From a virus: a stretch of 64,000 nucleotides of DNA. The stretch spans positions 406,014-470,013 of IMG/VR virus record IMGVR_UViG_3300028558_000016. One strand, given 5' to 3'. A program made the translations under genes and the position numbers. Below the pieces are notes generated by a model, which did no database searches, was not told where the DNA came from, and saw nothing but the letters and a program-made list of their open reading frames with translations. Below, in pieces: positions 1 to 8,456 of this stretch; the stretch's first letter is position 1, and each line of letters opens with the position of its first letter.

Positions 1-59
1 AAAAAACTGTAGAAAGCAAAAAACCAGCGAAGTCGGAAAGTCACAGTACAATCGCTGAA

Positions 60-650
60 TTGGAAGTACCAAAAAAATTAAATCAGAATGCTGCTTCTGT
101 AATTGAATCCTTAAATGAGGCAACAAGAAAGAAGAACAAAGAATTTAAAGAAATGTCTAAAATGGAAAAAAGAGTTTCTATTGCCAAAGACGTTATTGCA
201 TCTTTAAAATCAAAAAAATACATTGCCGAAGCTGGCATATATGTAAATCTTGTTAATGGAAAAAACGAAGATGAAGATATAGCCATCACGCTTAGCAACA
301 TGATGAAAAAAGATGTGAAATGTGAAGTATGCGCTATAGGAAGTTTATTCTTGTCTAATTTAAAAAAATCAAAAACCAGGATAGGCGCTGATGATGATGA
401 CGACATGTGTGCATCTTTGAGTGATGTGTATACTGAAGAAGAATTGAGAATACTTGAATATTGTTTTGAAGGAGATGACATTTCATCTTCTTTTAATACT
501 GACTCTTACAGAAACATGAGACGTGATGCCTGTGATTTTTATTCGGAGAATTCGGGATTCGGTTCGGATGATGATGCGAGATTAAACGCAATTATGAAAA
601 ATATAATTAAACACGAAGGACGTTTTATACACAAAAGCATTAAAGTATAA
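60..650 (+). CDS. hypothetical protein (196 aa; may extend upstream of the window)
   Basis: Long ORF at the start of the + block; acidic D-run; no recognisable motif. Confidence 0.5.
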   Translation: MEVPKKLNQNAASVIESLNEATRKKNKEFKEMSKMEKRVSIAKDVIASLKSKKYIAEAGIYVNLVNGKNEDEDIAITLSNMMKKDVKCEVCAIGSLFLSNLKKSKTRIGADDDDDMCASLSDVYTEEELRILEYCFEGDDISSSFNTDSYRNMRRDACDFYSENSGFGSDDDARLNAIMKNIIKHEGRFIHKSIKV

Positions 651-653
651 CTT

Positions 654-968
654 ATGAAACAACTTGGAGAAACAACAAAACCAATTAAGCAAGCTGGATA
701 CCTGCTTCCATGGGATAAAGAAAATGAGCAACCGTGCATGATCATGATTGAGAATGTTCGTTTCATTCCTGTATTTTCTGATAAGGATAAGCTTGATGCT
801 CATATACAATTCACTAACTATGGATTTAAACCGACAATAAAGGAAATAACAGACACAGATGATTTTCTCGATTCTGTTCAACCTTTTAGAGTTGCATTGG
901 ATCCACGACCTACGGAAAGAAACACAACACGTTTCACCGAATTATTTTTACAAAGCAAAAGGAACTAA
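654..968 (+). CDS. hypothetical protein (104 aa)
   Basis: ORF tightly packed after the preceding gene. Confidence 0.45.
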   Translation: MKQLGETTKPIKQAGYLLPWDKENEQPCMIMIENVRFIPVFSDKDKLDAHIQFTNYGFKPTIKEITDTDDFLDSVQPFRVALDPRPTERNTTRFTELFLQSKRN

Positions 969-1495
969 TGAAAGAAAAGGAAGATAAAGAAGATTTCAGA
1001 ATTGAACCTATTGATGGAGCTCCAATTTCCTTGAAGAAGGTTTCTGACCATCTATCTAAAGAAAAGAAGAGCTTGATCAATACTTATGTTCTCATTGATG
1101 GAACAGGATCTGGATTTGTCAATGATCATCCAATGATGGCGAACATAACAATAGAGGAAAGAGAACGTCAAGCTGACTATTTCCTTGGATTAAATCTTCC
1201 AATGCCAGCATATCTTCGTCCATATTTGGAATTGATGTTCCCTGATGAAAACATCGATGGCTTGTATAAGTATGCAAAAACAAATGGTGAAATGAGACAC
1301 ATCATTGCTCTTGTTCAATTGTTTGGAGGAAGCTTAAATGTTGCTAAGAAGGAAAAGGTGGGAGTTAAGATTTACATAGAAGAACCTGAAACGAGAATGC
1401 ACCCTAAGAGAGAAGCAAAAATGATGATGCTGATTGAGAAAATAAAAAAGGATTACGGCTTTAAAGAAGAAGAAAATGGAACAGACGAAAAATAA
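968..1495 (+). CDS. hypothetical protein (175 aa)
   Basis: ORF with start/stop overlap to the upstream gene. Confidence 0.5.
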   Translation: MKEKEDKEDFRIEPIDGAPISLKKVSDHLSKEKKSLINTYVLIDGTGSGFVNDHPMMANITIEERERQADYFLGLNLPMPAYLRPYLELMFPDENIDGLYKYAKTNGEMRHIIALVQLFGGSLNVAKKEKVGVKIYIEEPETRMHPKREAKMMMLIEKIKKDYGFKEEENGTDEK

Positions 1496-2195
1496 AGAAG
1501 AGCATTTGGGTCAATTAAAAAATTTAAAGTTGAACATAGACAAACCTATGACTTTAAATTTTGACATGGAATACAACAAGCTAACTTTGCTTACCGGATT
1601 AAATGGAAGTGGAAAGTCTTTGATAATGAAACTCAATTGGGCTTTTGAAACCATCATGTCAATACTCATCCACAATCCTCCTTCAGCAGATGAGACAGTA
1701 CAATACATCATGGATTCAACATTTGAGCAACAAGATTTCAACGGAGAAATAGAAGCATTCTTTCCAAAGGGATCTTTAAAAGCACAATTTGACAATGGAA
1801 AAGTAAAACGAGTTGAGTACTTTGTAGATCCTGCTGTAAAAATCATAACTCCTTCTCTTTACATGTCTACCAATACAAGAACATTCACGCAGATCAATCA
1901 ATTCCTAAAGGTTGAAAAACTAATTAAAACAGAAGAAGAGATTCTTAGCATGTACAGATTGTATGATGTCGTCTTCGTTAATGTGCTAAAACAGAAATTG
2001 GGAAATGGATTAAAACCAACAAAAAATTTCAAGGATTCAATGGCAAATGAATTCAGCATGAAATATGATTTCGATACATTTGCCATTGAAAATGAATCTG
2101 TAGTGTTCATTGATAAAGATGGAAAAAGAACTGACCTGTCAACTTTATCGGCAGGAGAACAATCATTAATTAATATGAACTTAGCAGCGATGTAA
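1476..2195 (+). CDS. P-loop NTPase (Walker A LTGLNGSGKS; ABC-like LSAGEQ motif at the extreme C-terminus)
   Basis: Walker A GxxxxGKS near residue 40; LSAGEQ resembles the ABC signature, but the ORF ends 8 aa later with no Walker B. Confidence 0.55.
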   Translation: MEQTKNKEEHLGQLKNLKLNIDKPMTLNFDMEYNKLTLLTGLNGSGKSLIMKLNWAFETIMSILIHNPPSADETVQYIMDSTFEQQDFNGEIEAFFPKGSLKAQFDNGKVKRVEYFVDPAVKIITPSLYMSTNTRTFTQINQFLKVEKLIKTEEEILSMYRLYDVVFVNVLKQKLGNGLKPTKNFKDSMANEFSMKYDFDTFAIENESVVFIDKDGKRTDLSTLSAGEQSLINMNLAAM

Positions 2196-2196
2196 T

Positions 2197-3180
2197 ATGA
2201 TTTTAGAAATTGCAATAGGAGATGCGTACGGACGTCCATTTGAATTCAACACACCAGAATTCATAGCCAAACACAATGATGTTCTTGGTTATAAGCATCG
2301 TATTGGTGAAGAAGAAAATGGAATAGGAATTTATACAGATGACACTCAAATGTCTATTGGCGTTGCAGAACAAATGGGTTCAGACCTTCCTGGTACTCAA
2401 GTAAGATTTGCTGCACACTTTGTCACCTCTTATAAGAGAGACCCAAGAAAAGGATATAGCAAAAGAATAACGAAAGCTCTCGAGGAATCAAAACCAAATC
2501 TTCCATTTGAATTTATATTGAAAGCTAAACAGGCAGGAATGTCGAGCAACGGAAGCGTAATGCGTTCTGTTCCTCTTGGCATGATGTCTGATCCAAAGGA
2601 AATAATGCACAGGAGCATTGTTCAAACATCAACATCACATGGACACATTGATGCCGTTAATTCTGCGGTTGTTGTTGCATTGACCGCACATTTCTTTTAT
2701 CACTTATATCCTCGATTGGAAGATTACATTCAATCGGATAAATTGATAATGTATAAGGAATGGATGAATGGACAAGTTGGTTCAGCTGTGTTTAACGATG
2801 TATATGACTCTTACATCTTTAAAAGGAAAAACGATAAGTTGCAATGTGATTCAAAAACAACTGCTTCATTGTCTATCAAATTAGCATGGGGAGTTAAGAT
2901 TAGTGGTGGAAATTTAAAGACATCCGCTAAACAAATATTAAAGAGAGCTGTTGATATTGGAGGAGACGTTGATTCGTCAGCATCGATTGCAATGGGATTG
3001 TACAGCTTAAGGACTGATGCAATAATGGATCTCCCTGATGTGTTATATGAAAATCTCGAGAATGGACCTTTTGGTAGAGACTTCTTGGTTGACATGGATG
3101 TTCAAATGCAAAAGAAATTTCCAAGAAATGTAAGGGAAGAGAAAGCTGAGTCTGAAAAATTAACCGACATAATAATATAA
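2197..3180 (+). CDS. ADP-ribosylglycohydrolase family protein (ARH/DraG-like)
   Basis: N-terminal IAIGDAYGRPFEF matches the GDAxGxPxEF hallmark of the ADP-ribosylglycohydrolase family; 327 aa fits; start overlaps the ATPase stop (ATGTAATATG). Confidence 0.7.
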   Translation: MILEIAIGDAYGRPFEFNTPEFIAKHNDVLGYKHRIGEEENGIGIYTDDTQMSIGVAEQMGSDLPGTQVRFAAHFVTSYKRDPRKGYSKRITKALEESKPNLPFEFILKAKQAGMSSNGSVMRSVPLGMMSDPKEIMHRSIVQTSTSHGHIDAVNSAVVVALTAHFFYHLYPRLEDYIQSDKLIMYKEWMNGQVGSAVFNDVYDSYIFKRKNDKLQCDSKTTASLSIKLAWGVKISGGNLKTSAKQILKRAVDIGGDVDSSASIAMGLYSLRTDAIMDLPDVLYENLENGPFGRDFLVDMDVQMQKKFPRNVREEKAESEKLTDIII

Positions 3181-3183
3181 CAC

Positions 3184-3399
3184 ATGGGAAAAGAAAAAAT
3201 AATATACGTTGGTCAATTAAAAAAGAAAGACGTATCAGTAGAAGATGGAGGTCAGGCAATGGTATCAGATCCTTTCAGCACTAACGGCGATAATGGAATG
3301 TTTGTGAGAATCCAATCTTGGGACGAAAATAAAAAGCATGAGGATTTTAAAAAATTCCAAGGAAGAAAAATAAAAGTTACTATTGAAACTGTGGACTAA
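3184..3399 (+). CDS. hypothetical protein (71 aa)
   Basis: Small ORF between coupled genes. Confidence 0.4.
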   Translation: MGKEKIIYVGQLKKKDVSVEDGGQAMVSDPFSTNGDNGMFVRIQSWDENKKHEDFKKFQGRKIKVTIETVD

Positions 3400-4067
3400 T
3401 GAAATATAAATTACGTGAAATAAAAGATGGAATATTCCTTGCCGAGTTCGATAATCATTACGACTTGGCAATGACCTTTTTAAGGTATCAGGAATTTTAT
3501 GAATCTGCTAATCCCAAATTCAAGGGAAGAAGATTCATCATACTTGATTACATGGAATGGTACAGCAAAAATCATAAAGGATTATTCACATATCCTGCGG
3601 ATTGGGCAGGGTTTAATATTCCAATGAGCGTGGTATTTGAAGTTCAATCCTCTTATCCTGGAATGGGACCTATAAAAGACTTCAACAAGTATGATGAGTT
3701 GATGAAGCAGATCGTTCTCAAGATAGAAAAGAAGAAGGAAAGAAAAAGCAACGGTTACCGTTCTATGGGAAAGAAATACATCATAGGAGCTTTGGAAGGA
3801 AAAAAATCAGTTATGAAGCACGAAATAGCTCATGGCTTGTATCATGTGTATCCTTATTATAAGATTGACATGGATAAGCTTTATTCAAAACTATCCAAGG
3901 AGAGCAAGAAGAAATTGGAAGTTGAATTTGAGTCAATGGGTTATCATAAATCAGTTTGGAAGGACGAAGCTCAGGCATATCTTTCAACTGGAGATTATTT
4001 GACACCTGAAGAAAGAAAACCGTTTCAGGATTTATTAAAGAAGTTTTTAAAGGATGTCAAGCTCTGA
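3399..4067 (+). CDS. putative HExxH zinc metallopeptidase (SprT-like?)
   Basis: MKHEIAHGLYH contains HExxH followed by a second His 4 residues later; 222 aa. Confidence 0.4.
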   Translation: MKYKLREIKDGIFLAEFDNHYDLAMTFLRYQEFYESANPKFKGRRFIILDYMEWYSKNHKGLFTYPADWAGFNIPMSVVFEVQSSYPGMGPIKDFNKYDELMKQIVLKIEKKKERKSNGYRSMGKKYIIGALEGKKSVMKHEIAHGLYHVYPYYKIDMDKLYSKLSKESKKKLEVEFESMGYHKSVWKDEAQAYLSTGDYLTPEERKPFQDLLKKFLKDVKL

Positions 4068-4743
4068 AAAATATAATTTTTTTCCATTTAATATACGTGA
4101 CAAGAAGTATAAGAAAGTCACTTATAAAAATAGGTGCGTTCTTGTTCCGCTTGAAGGAAATAAAGATTATCTCAGACATTTATGTGGTTATGCAGTGTTT
4201 AAGAAAACTGACATTCCAAAAGATTGGTGGGGAAATTATAACGCACCTGGATTGCAAGAATTAAATGTGCATGGTGGAATAACATATTGCAGACAATTTA
4301 AAGTTCCAAACCAAGCTAAGATAGAAAAGAAATTTCATGATCAAATTGATGCGTTATATGACATCTCAAACAGAGAAACTTATGACCATGAAAAAGTTTC
4401 TAAAAGGATGAAAGAAGTGAAGAGGCTGGAAAAAGAATGCAACGATGAATTGTCAAAGAGCGATGAAGGATATATTGTGTTTGGTTTTGACTGTGGACAT
4501 TATAGGGATGCAGAGAATCCAAATCTAAAAGATCCTAACCATGTAATGATATTGACCGAGCAGATGGATACGCTGCTCAAAAAATTTAAGGAAAGTTACG
4601 AGGATTATAGAGATGCGGATGGAGTGACAAAACATGTAGTTAGAAAATCCATCATGGCAAACGTAAACAGAGAAGCAGAAATTCAATGTGAGTTAGGTTT
4701 TGGCGGACTTATTAATTTGCTTTCAGGAGAAACAGAAGATTAA
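4054..4743 (+). CDS. hypothetical protein (229 aa)
   Basis: ORF with no recognisable motif. Confidence 0.45.
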   Translation: MSSSEKYNFFPFNIRDKKYKKVTYKNRCVLVPLEGNKDYLRHLCGYAVFKKTDIPKDWWGNYNAPGLQELNVHGGITYCRQFKVPNQAKIEKKFHDQIDALYDISNRETYDHEKVSKRMKEVKRLEKECNDELSKSDEGYIVFGFDCGHYRDAENPNLKDPNHVMILTEQMDTLLKKFKESYEDYRDADGVTKHVVRKSIMANVNREAEIQCELGFGGLINLLSGETED

Positions 4744-4760
4744 CAAATAAAATAAATAAC

Positions 4761-6056
4761 ATGAAAAAAACAGTAATCATTATTGGAGGTGGAACAGTAT
4801 CTCACGTCAGATCACATCTCGCCTTAGCTGCAGTTGCGTATGGAACTACAGCAAGACATTTAAAAGCAATTTGCGAAAGCCATTCGGATAAATTGGACGT
4901 CAAATTACATCTAACCAAAATGGCCGAAGGTTGGGCAACAAAGGATGGAATGGAAACAGCCGAAGATGTTGCAGCCTTAGTTCAAAAATTAAAAGCTGAT
5001 GTGAATGTGAAGATCATATTCTTTAATCCCGCCTTGGTGGATTTTTCTGGAGAAGTTACCGGACATGCTGCTTATAATACTAATGACTCTTTCACTAAAA
5101 TTGAAAGCGGAAAGTATTCTAAACGTTTAAACAGCAGAACTGGAAAAACAAGCATTGAGTTGTCTCCAAAAGAAAAGATCATAAAAGAAATACGCAACGG
5201 AAGAAAAGACATCTTCCTTGTTGGGTTTAAAACAACATGTGGTGCAACACAAGATGAACAATACATAGCAGGATTAAATCTTTTGAAAGAATCGAGTTGC
5301 AATCTTGTTCTTGCCAATGATACCAAAACGAGATTGAACATGATCATAACTCCAGAAGAAGCGAGATACCATGTAACAAAAAACAGGGATGAAGTTTTGG
5401 AGATGCTTGTTGAAATGGCATACTTAAGAAGCCATTTGTCTTTCACTCATAGCACAGTGATTGCCGGTGAAGCTATTCCATGGAAATCAGAATTAGTTCC
5501 AGACTCATTAAGAAAAGCAGTTGATTATTGCATTGAGAAAGGTGCATACAAAGAATTCAGAGGTTCTACTGTTGGTCACTTTGCTTGCAAGATAGATGAG
5601 AAAACCTTCTTGACGTCTAAACGTAAAACAAACTTCAATGACCTTGAGAAGAATGGTCTTGTTAAAGTTGTCGTTAATGGCAAGGACACTGTTATTGCGT
5701 ATGGAGCAAAACCTTCCGTTGGTGGACAATCACAGAGAATAATATTCTCTGAACATAATGATTATGATTGCATCGTACATTTCCATTGTCCTAAAAAAAT
5801 AAATTCACCAGTTCCTTCTGTATCACAAAGAGAATATGAATGTGGAAGCCATGAGTGTGGCAAAAACACTTCTAATGGTTTGAAACGCTTTGGTAATCTT
5901 TCTGCTGTTATGTTAGACAATCACGGGCCAAACATTGTATTCAATCATACTATTGATCCGCAGGAAGTAATTGATTTCATTGAAGCCAATTTTGACCTTG
6001 CTGGAAAAACCGGTGGTCCAGTTAAACTTGAACAAACATTACAAACTTCGTTATGA
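4761..6056 (+). CDS. two-domain protein: CoaB-like (phosphopantothenate--cysteine ligase fold) N-domain fused to a class II aldolase/adducin-like C-domain
   Basis: The N-domain (IIIGGGT...VR...; LVGFKTTCGATQDEQYIAGLNLLKESSCNLVLANDT) parallels CoaB motifs (ITAGPT...VR; VGFAAET..EYA..KNLDLICANDV); the C-domain has DCIVHFHCP and MLDNHGPNIVFNHT, which resemble the metal-binding His motifs of class II aldolase/epimerase enzymes. Confidence 0.55.
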   Translation: MKKTVIIIGGGTVSHVRSHLALAAVAYGTTARHLKAICESHSDKLDVKLHLTKMAEGWATKDGMETAEDVAALVQKLKADVNVKIIFFNPALVDFSGEVTGHAAYNTNDSFTKIESGKYSKRLNSRTGKTSIELSPKEKIIKEIRNGRKDIFLVGFKTTCGATQDEQYIAGLNLLKESSCNLVLANDTKTRLNMIITPEEARYHVTKNRDEVLEMLVEMAYLRSHLSFTHSTVIAGEAIPWKSELVPDSLRKAVDYCIEKGAYKEFRGSTVGHFACKIDEKTFLTSKRKTNFNDLEKNGLVKVVVNGKDTVIAYGAKPSVGGQSQRIIFSEHNDYDCIVHFHCPKKINSPVPSVSQREYECGSHECGKNTSNGLKRFGNLSAVMLDNHGPNIVFNHTIDPQEVIDFIEANFDLAGKTGGPVKLEQTLQTSL

Positions 6057-6271
6057 AAAAAATAATAACATGCATCCTACTTGGAGCCGCATTGTTTTCA
6101 AGCTGTGGTCCATCTGCTGAAGAATTAGCAGTAGGCAGAAAGAAAAAACAAGACAGCTTGACATTAGAAATTCTTAAAGTACAATTACGTACTCTTGATT
6201 TGATTGGAAATCTAAACAAGAAAGTTGATGCAGTAGACAAGGATCTACAGGATCATTGTAAAAATAAATGA
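6053..6271 (+). CDS. small lipoprotein
   Basis: Signal peptide with lipobox LFSSC (MKKIITCILLGAALFSSCG). Confidence 0.5.
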   Translation: MKKIITCILLGAALFSSCGPSAEELAVGRKKKQDSLTLEILKVQLRTLDLIGNLNKKVDAVDKDLQDHCKNK

Positions 6272-6876
6272 CTCTCGAAGAAGCCATAAAATCTGCAGAC
6301 TCTCGTTCGAGGAACATGAACCTTCATTGGTTTGTGTGTGAGTGGAATGATGGTTACATCATCCATTCTTCCTCGCACATGATAAGATTTCCTGACACAA
6401 AGTATGTGTGGAGTACAGGAGAACTTCAATCGTGGAAGGTGATTTACGATGAGGAAGAAAGAAAATTTAAACATGTTGTAAAGAAATTAAAAATGGAAAA
6501 AGAAGAAGCTTTAGAAATAGCAAAACAATTCATCGACGGAGAAAAATTGTTCATGCAAATGTCAAACGCAGTTCCTGCTATAATAACCCACAGAGGAAAG
6601 CAATTGCTTGGATCTGTTTCAAGCATAATTCCAGCGGATCCTGAGATTGTGTTATGCGCACATACCAGCTTTCCAGTTGGACAGGAGATCATAGATGCCG
6701 TAAAAGAAATATCTCCAGACAGATTGTTGTTATCGATAGACGATGAACTCGATTTGGCGCCTCGTCAGGATGTTATGAGATTGGTTGGAACTAATCTAAC
6801 GAAGATGACTCCGTCCCAAACTAAAGTGGCGCAAGAGGAATTAAAAGGAAAAGACATCATTGAGATCAATGGCTGA
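6268..6876 (+). CDS. hypothetical protein (202 aa)
   Basis: ORF. Confidence 0.45.
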   Translation: MTLEEAIKSADSRSRNMNLHWFVCEWNDGYIIHSSSHMIRFPDTKYVWSTGELQSWKVIYDEEERKFKHVVKKLKMEKEEALEIAKQFIDGEKLFMQMSNAVPAIITHRGKQLLGSVSSIIPADPEIVLCAHTSFPVGQEIIDAVKEISPDRLLLSIDDELDLAPRQDVMRLVGTNLTKMTPSQTKVAQEELKGKDIIEING

Positions 6877-7108
6877 TTATTACTGTGATAATAAAAGACA
6901 TCTTGTTTGCATTCCATATTCAGTGGAGAATTTACATGAGATGGCAAAGGATCTTGAAATAAAAAAATGTTGGTATTCAATCAAGCCTTGGCCGCATTAC
7001 GATATTCCATTAAGACGAATTGATGAGATACAAAGTAAATGCAATGTTGTTAATTTCAGAGACATAGTCAACATTAAAAGAGGCACTTTTAAAAATGAGA
7101 ATAAATGA
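6860..7108 (+). CDS. hypothetical protein (82 aa)
   Basis: ORF. Confidence 0.4.
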   Translation: MRSMADYYCDNKRHLVCIPYSVENLHEMAKDLEIKKCWYSIKPWPHYDIPLRRIDEIQSKCNVVNFRDIVNIKRGTFKNENK

Positions 7109-7529
7109 AGGTGACATATTAGTATGCAAGCCTGGATATTGGGGACATGAAGATAATCCAGCAAAATCAGATAATGTAAGACCAAAAGAAAATCCAACTT
7201 ATGGTGGAGCAGGGTACATAGATGGATTAATGCAAAAAGCATCATCAAGCTATAATGGTGAAGATCCATTTGATCTTCACGTTTTTTGGAAATTTCACAA
7301 TGAAGCTGGAGTATTTTCAAGAGCTGTAAGACTTGCAAACGAAGAAGAAAAGAAAGCGTATAAAGAAGGAATAAGAAATGCTAAAGATATTCAACGAACA
7401 ACTTTCAAAATATCATACGTTTCCATTGATGGTGAAAACAAGAATGTTGAAGTAGAAGCTTTTTATGAAACTGCCGCAGTAAGCTCCATAAAAGATTTAA
7501 AACGAGTCAATTATGTCATTTCTGGTTAA
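7095..7529 (+). CDS. hypothetical protein (144 aa)
   Basis: ORF. Confidence 0.45.
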   Translation: MRINEGDILVCKPGYWGHEDNPAKSDNVRPKENPTYGGAGYIDGLMQKASSSYNGEDPFDLHVFWKFHNEAGVFSRAVRLANEEEKKAYKEGIRNAKDIQRTTFKISYVSIDGENKNVEVEAFYETAAVSSIKDLKRVNYVISG

Positions 7530-7536
7530 TAGAGAA

Positions 7537-7576
7537 AATAAATTTTTTAGTTTCAGAAATAGTTCCTATATTTGCA
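7537..7576 (+). promoter_or_regulatory. Bacteroidota-type promoter (TTTG ... TAnnTTTG); copy 1 of a conserved 40-bp module
   Basis: AATAAATTTTTTAGTTTCAGAAATAGTTCCTATATTTG, with a −7-like TATATTTG at 7567–7574; near-identical to 11101–11140. Confidence 0.6.
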
Positions 7577-7579
7577 GAT

Positions 7580-7893
7580 ATAAACATTGAAACAATTTTA
7601 AAAAGAAAAGGTATATAGTTTAGAAGATTGCTTACAGCAAAACAAAATGGTTAAAGAATCACCGAAAGGTGGTTTTTTCGGTTCGATCCCGAAGCTCTGA
7701 GATTACATCAATGAGTTTTAAGGCAATCTGAAAGACATTAGAATAACAATACAATGAAGAACAGGAATCACATACACAAGCATCAGATATGGCATAGAGA
7801 TATGTCGGGCTTGGGTGTTACCTGTACTTTGAAGTAAGTATTGGTTATTTACGAAAGTAAAACCTCAAGGCCTAAAACCTTGAGGTTTTTTTT
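7580..7893 (+). ncRNA. candidate about 300-nt non-coding RNA with a 6-codon mini-ORF (unclassified)
   Basis: Lies between a promoter and a strong terminator with no protein ORF; 7-bp hairpin ACCGAAA-GGTGGTTT-TTTCGGT; mini-ORF ATGAGTTTTAAGGCAATCTGA at 7711–7731; AAGGTATATAG block shared with the 11.1-kb module. Confidence 0.4.
7858..7893 (+). terminator. rho-independent terminator
   Basis: AAACCTCAAGG-CCTAAAA-CCTTGAGGTTT followed by TTTTTTT. Confidence 0.75.
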
Positions 7894-7901
7894 ATTTACA
7901 T

Positions 7902-7984
7902 ACGTCGGTGTCCGAGCGGTCAAAGGTAGCGGTCTCCAAAACCGCGGAGTTTCTCCATCGTGGGTTCGAATCCTACCCGGCGTG
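7902..7984 (+). tRNA. tRNA-?(CCA): class II (long variable arm) tRNA with anticodon CCA, decoding UGG; G73 discriminator; Ser/Tyr-like body
   Basis: Acceptor ACGTCGG/CCGGCGT (one G·U); D region TCCGAGCGGTCAAAGG typical of Ser/Tyr/Leu; anticodon arm GCGGT-CTCCAAA-ACCGC; variable-arm hairpin GGAG-TTT-CTCC; T arm GTGGG-TTCGAAT-CCTAC. Confidence 0.6.
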
Positions 7985-8005
7985 CAAAAATTAAAAGAAG
8001 AAAAC

Positions 8006-8350
8006 ATGAATGCAACAGATGTGAAGAAAGAGCTTTACAAAAGCAAAGTGACAGCAAAGTTAACAGACATTGTTAATGGAACAATGTTTTATTCTGTTCA
8101 ATTGGAAGATGGCTTATATCGTTTCCCAATAGTTCAGGTGAAAGAAGTTGGTGGACCATTATACAGGCTTGAGGCAAAAACACAAACAAGCCCAACAGTT
8201 TCTTTGACGTACACGAAACTCGAAGAGAAATGTTATTCACTTTCTTCTGATCTCGGAAGCACTCCTTTCTATCCTGAAATGAAAGCTTCTGAATTAAACA
8301 GGTGGATTGAAAAGGCAATAAAGGATGGAGAGTTTGTGAAGTTGTATTAA
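8006..8350 (+). CDS. hypothetical protein (114 aa)
   Basis: ORF beginning MNATDVKK, downstream of the tRNA; the annotated longer ORF overlaps the tRNA, so the start was trimmed. Confidence 0.45.
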   Translation: MNATDVKKELYKSKVTAKLTDIVNGTMFYSVQLEDGLYRFPIVQVKEVGGPLYRLEAKTQTSPTVSLTYTKLEEKCYSLSSDLGSTPFYPEMKASELNRWIEKAIKDGEFVKLY

Positions 8351-8360
8351 TGGAAATTAT

Positions 8361-8450
8361 GGTGCAGGTATCCAAGGGGTTGAAGGGACCAGGCTGTGGA
8401 CCTGGTTGAAGCGAAAGCTGAACACGCGAGTTCGAATCTCGTCTTGCACC
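8361..8450 (+). tRNA. tRNA-His(GTG): tRNA-His-like (anticodon GTG) with G-1 and C73 but an unusually long variable region (about 89 nt)
   Basis: G-1 plus acceptor GTGCAGG/CTTGCAC and C73; anticodon arm CCAGG-CTGTGGA-CCTGG; extra hairpin AGC-GAAA-GCT before T arm GCGAG-TTCGAAT-CTCGT. Confidence 0.5.
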
Positions 8451-8456
8451 CACATG

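Noticed and set aside
2160-2230. Possibility that the ATPase and ARH ORFs are one frameshifted ABC ATPase gene
   Set aside because: The ARH N-terminus GDAYGRPFEF starts exactly where the family normally begins, and ATGTAATATG is a normal coupled stop/start. There is no need to invoke a frameshift.
7621-7700. T-arm-like sequence TTCGG-TTCGATC-CCGAA suggesting a tRNA or tmRNA 3' end
   Set aside because: No complementary 5' acceptor strand (TCAGAGC) within 400 nt, no tag-peptide reading frame, and the TTCGG strand is also part of a competing 7-bp hairpin. It is treated as part of the candidate ncRNA instead.
7841-8005. N-terminal part of the annotated ORF 7841–8350
   Set aside because: It overlaps the tRNA at 7902–7984; the CDS was trimmed to the ATG at 8006.
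8361-8450. Reading the first His-like tRNA as a Leu/Ser/Tyr class II tRNA
   Set aside because: The anticodon triplet in the only well-paired anticodon arm is GUG, and G-1:C73 is a His hallmark. It is kept as a His-like tRNA with an anomalous extra arm.
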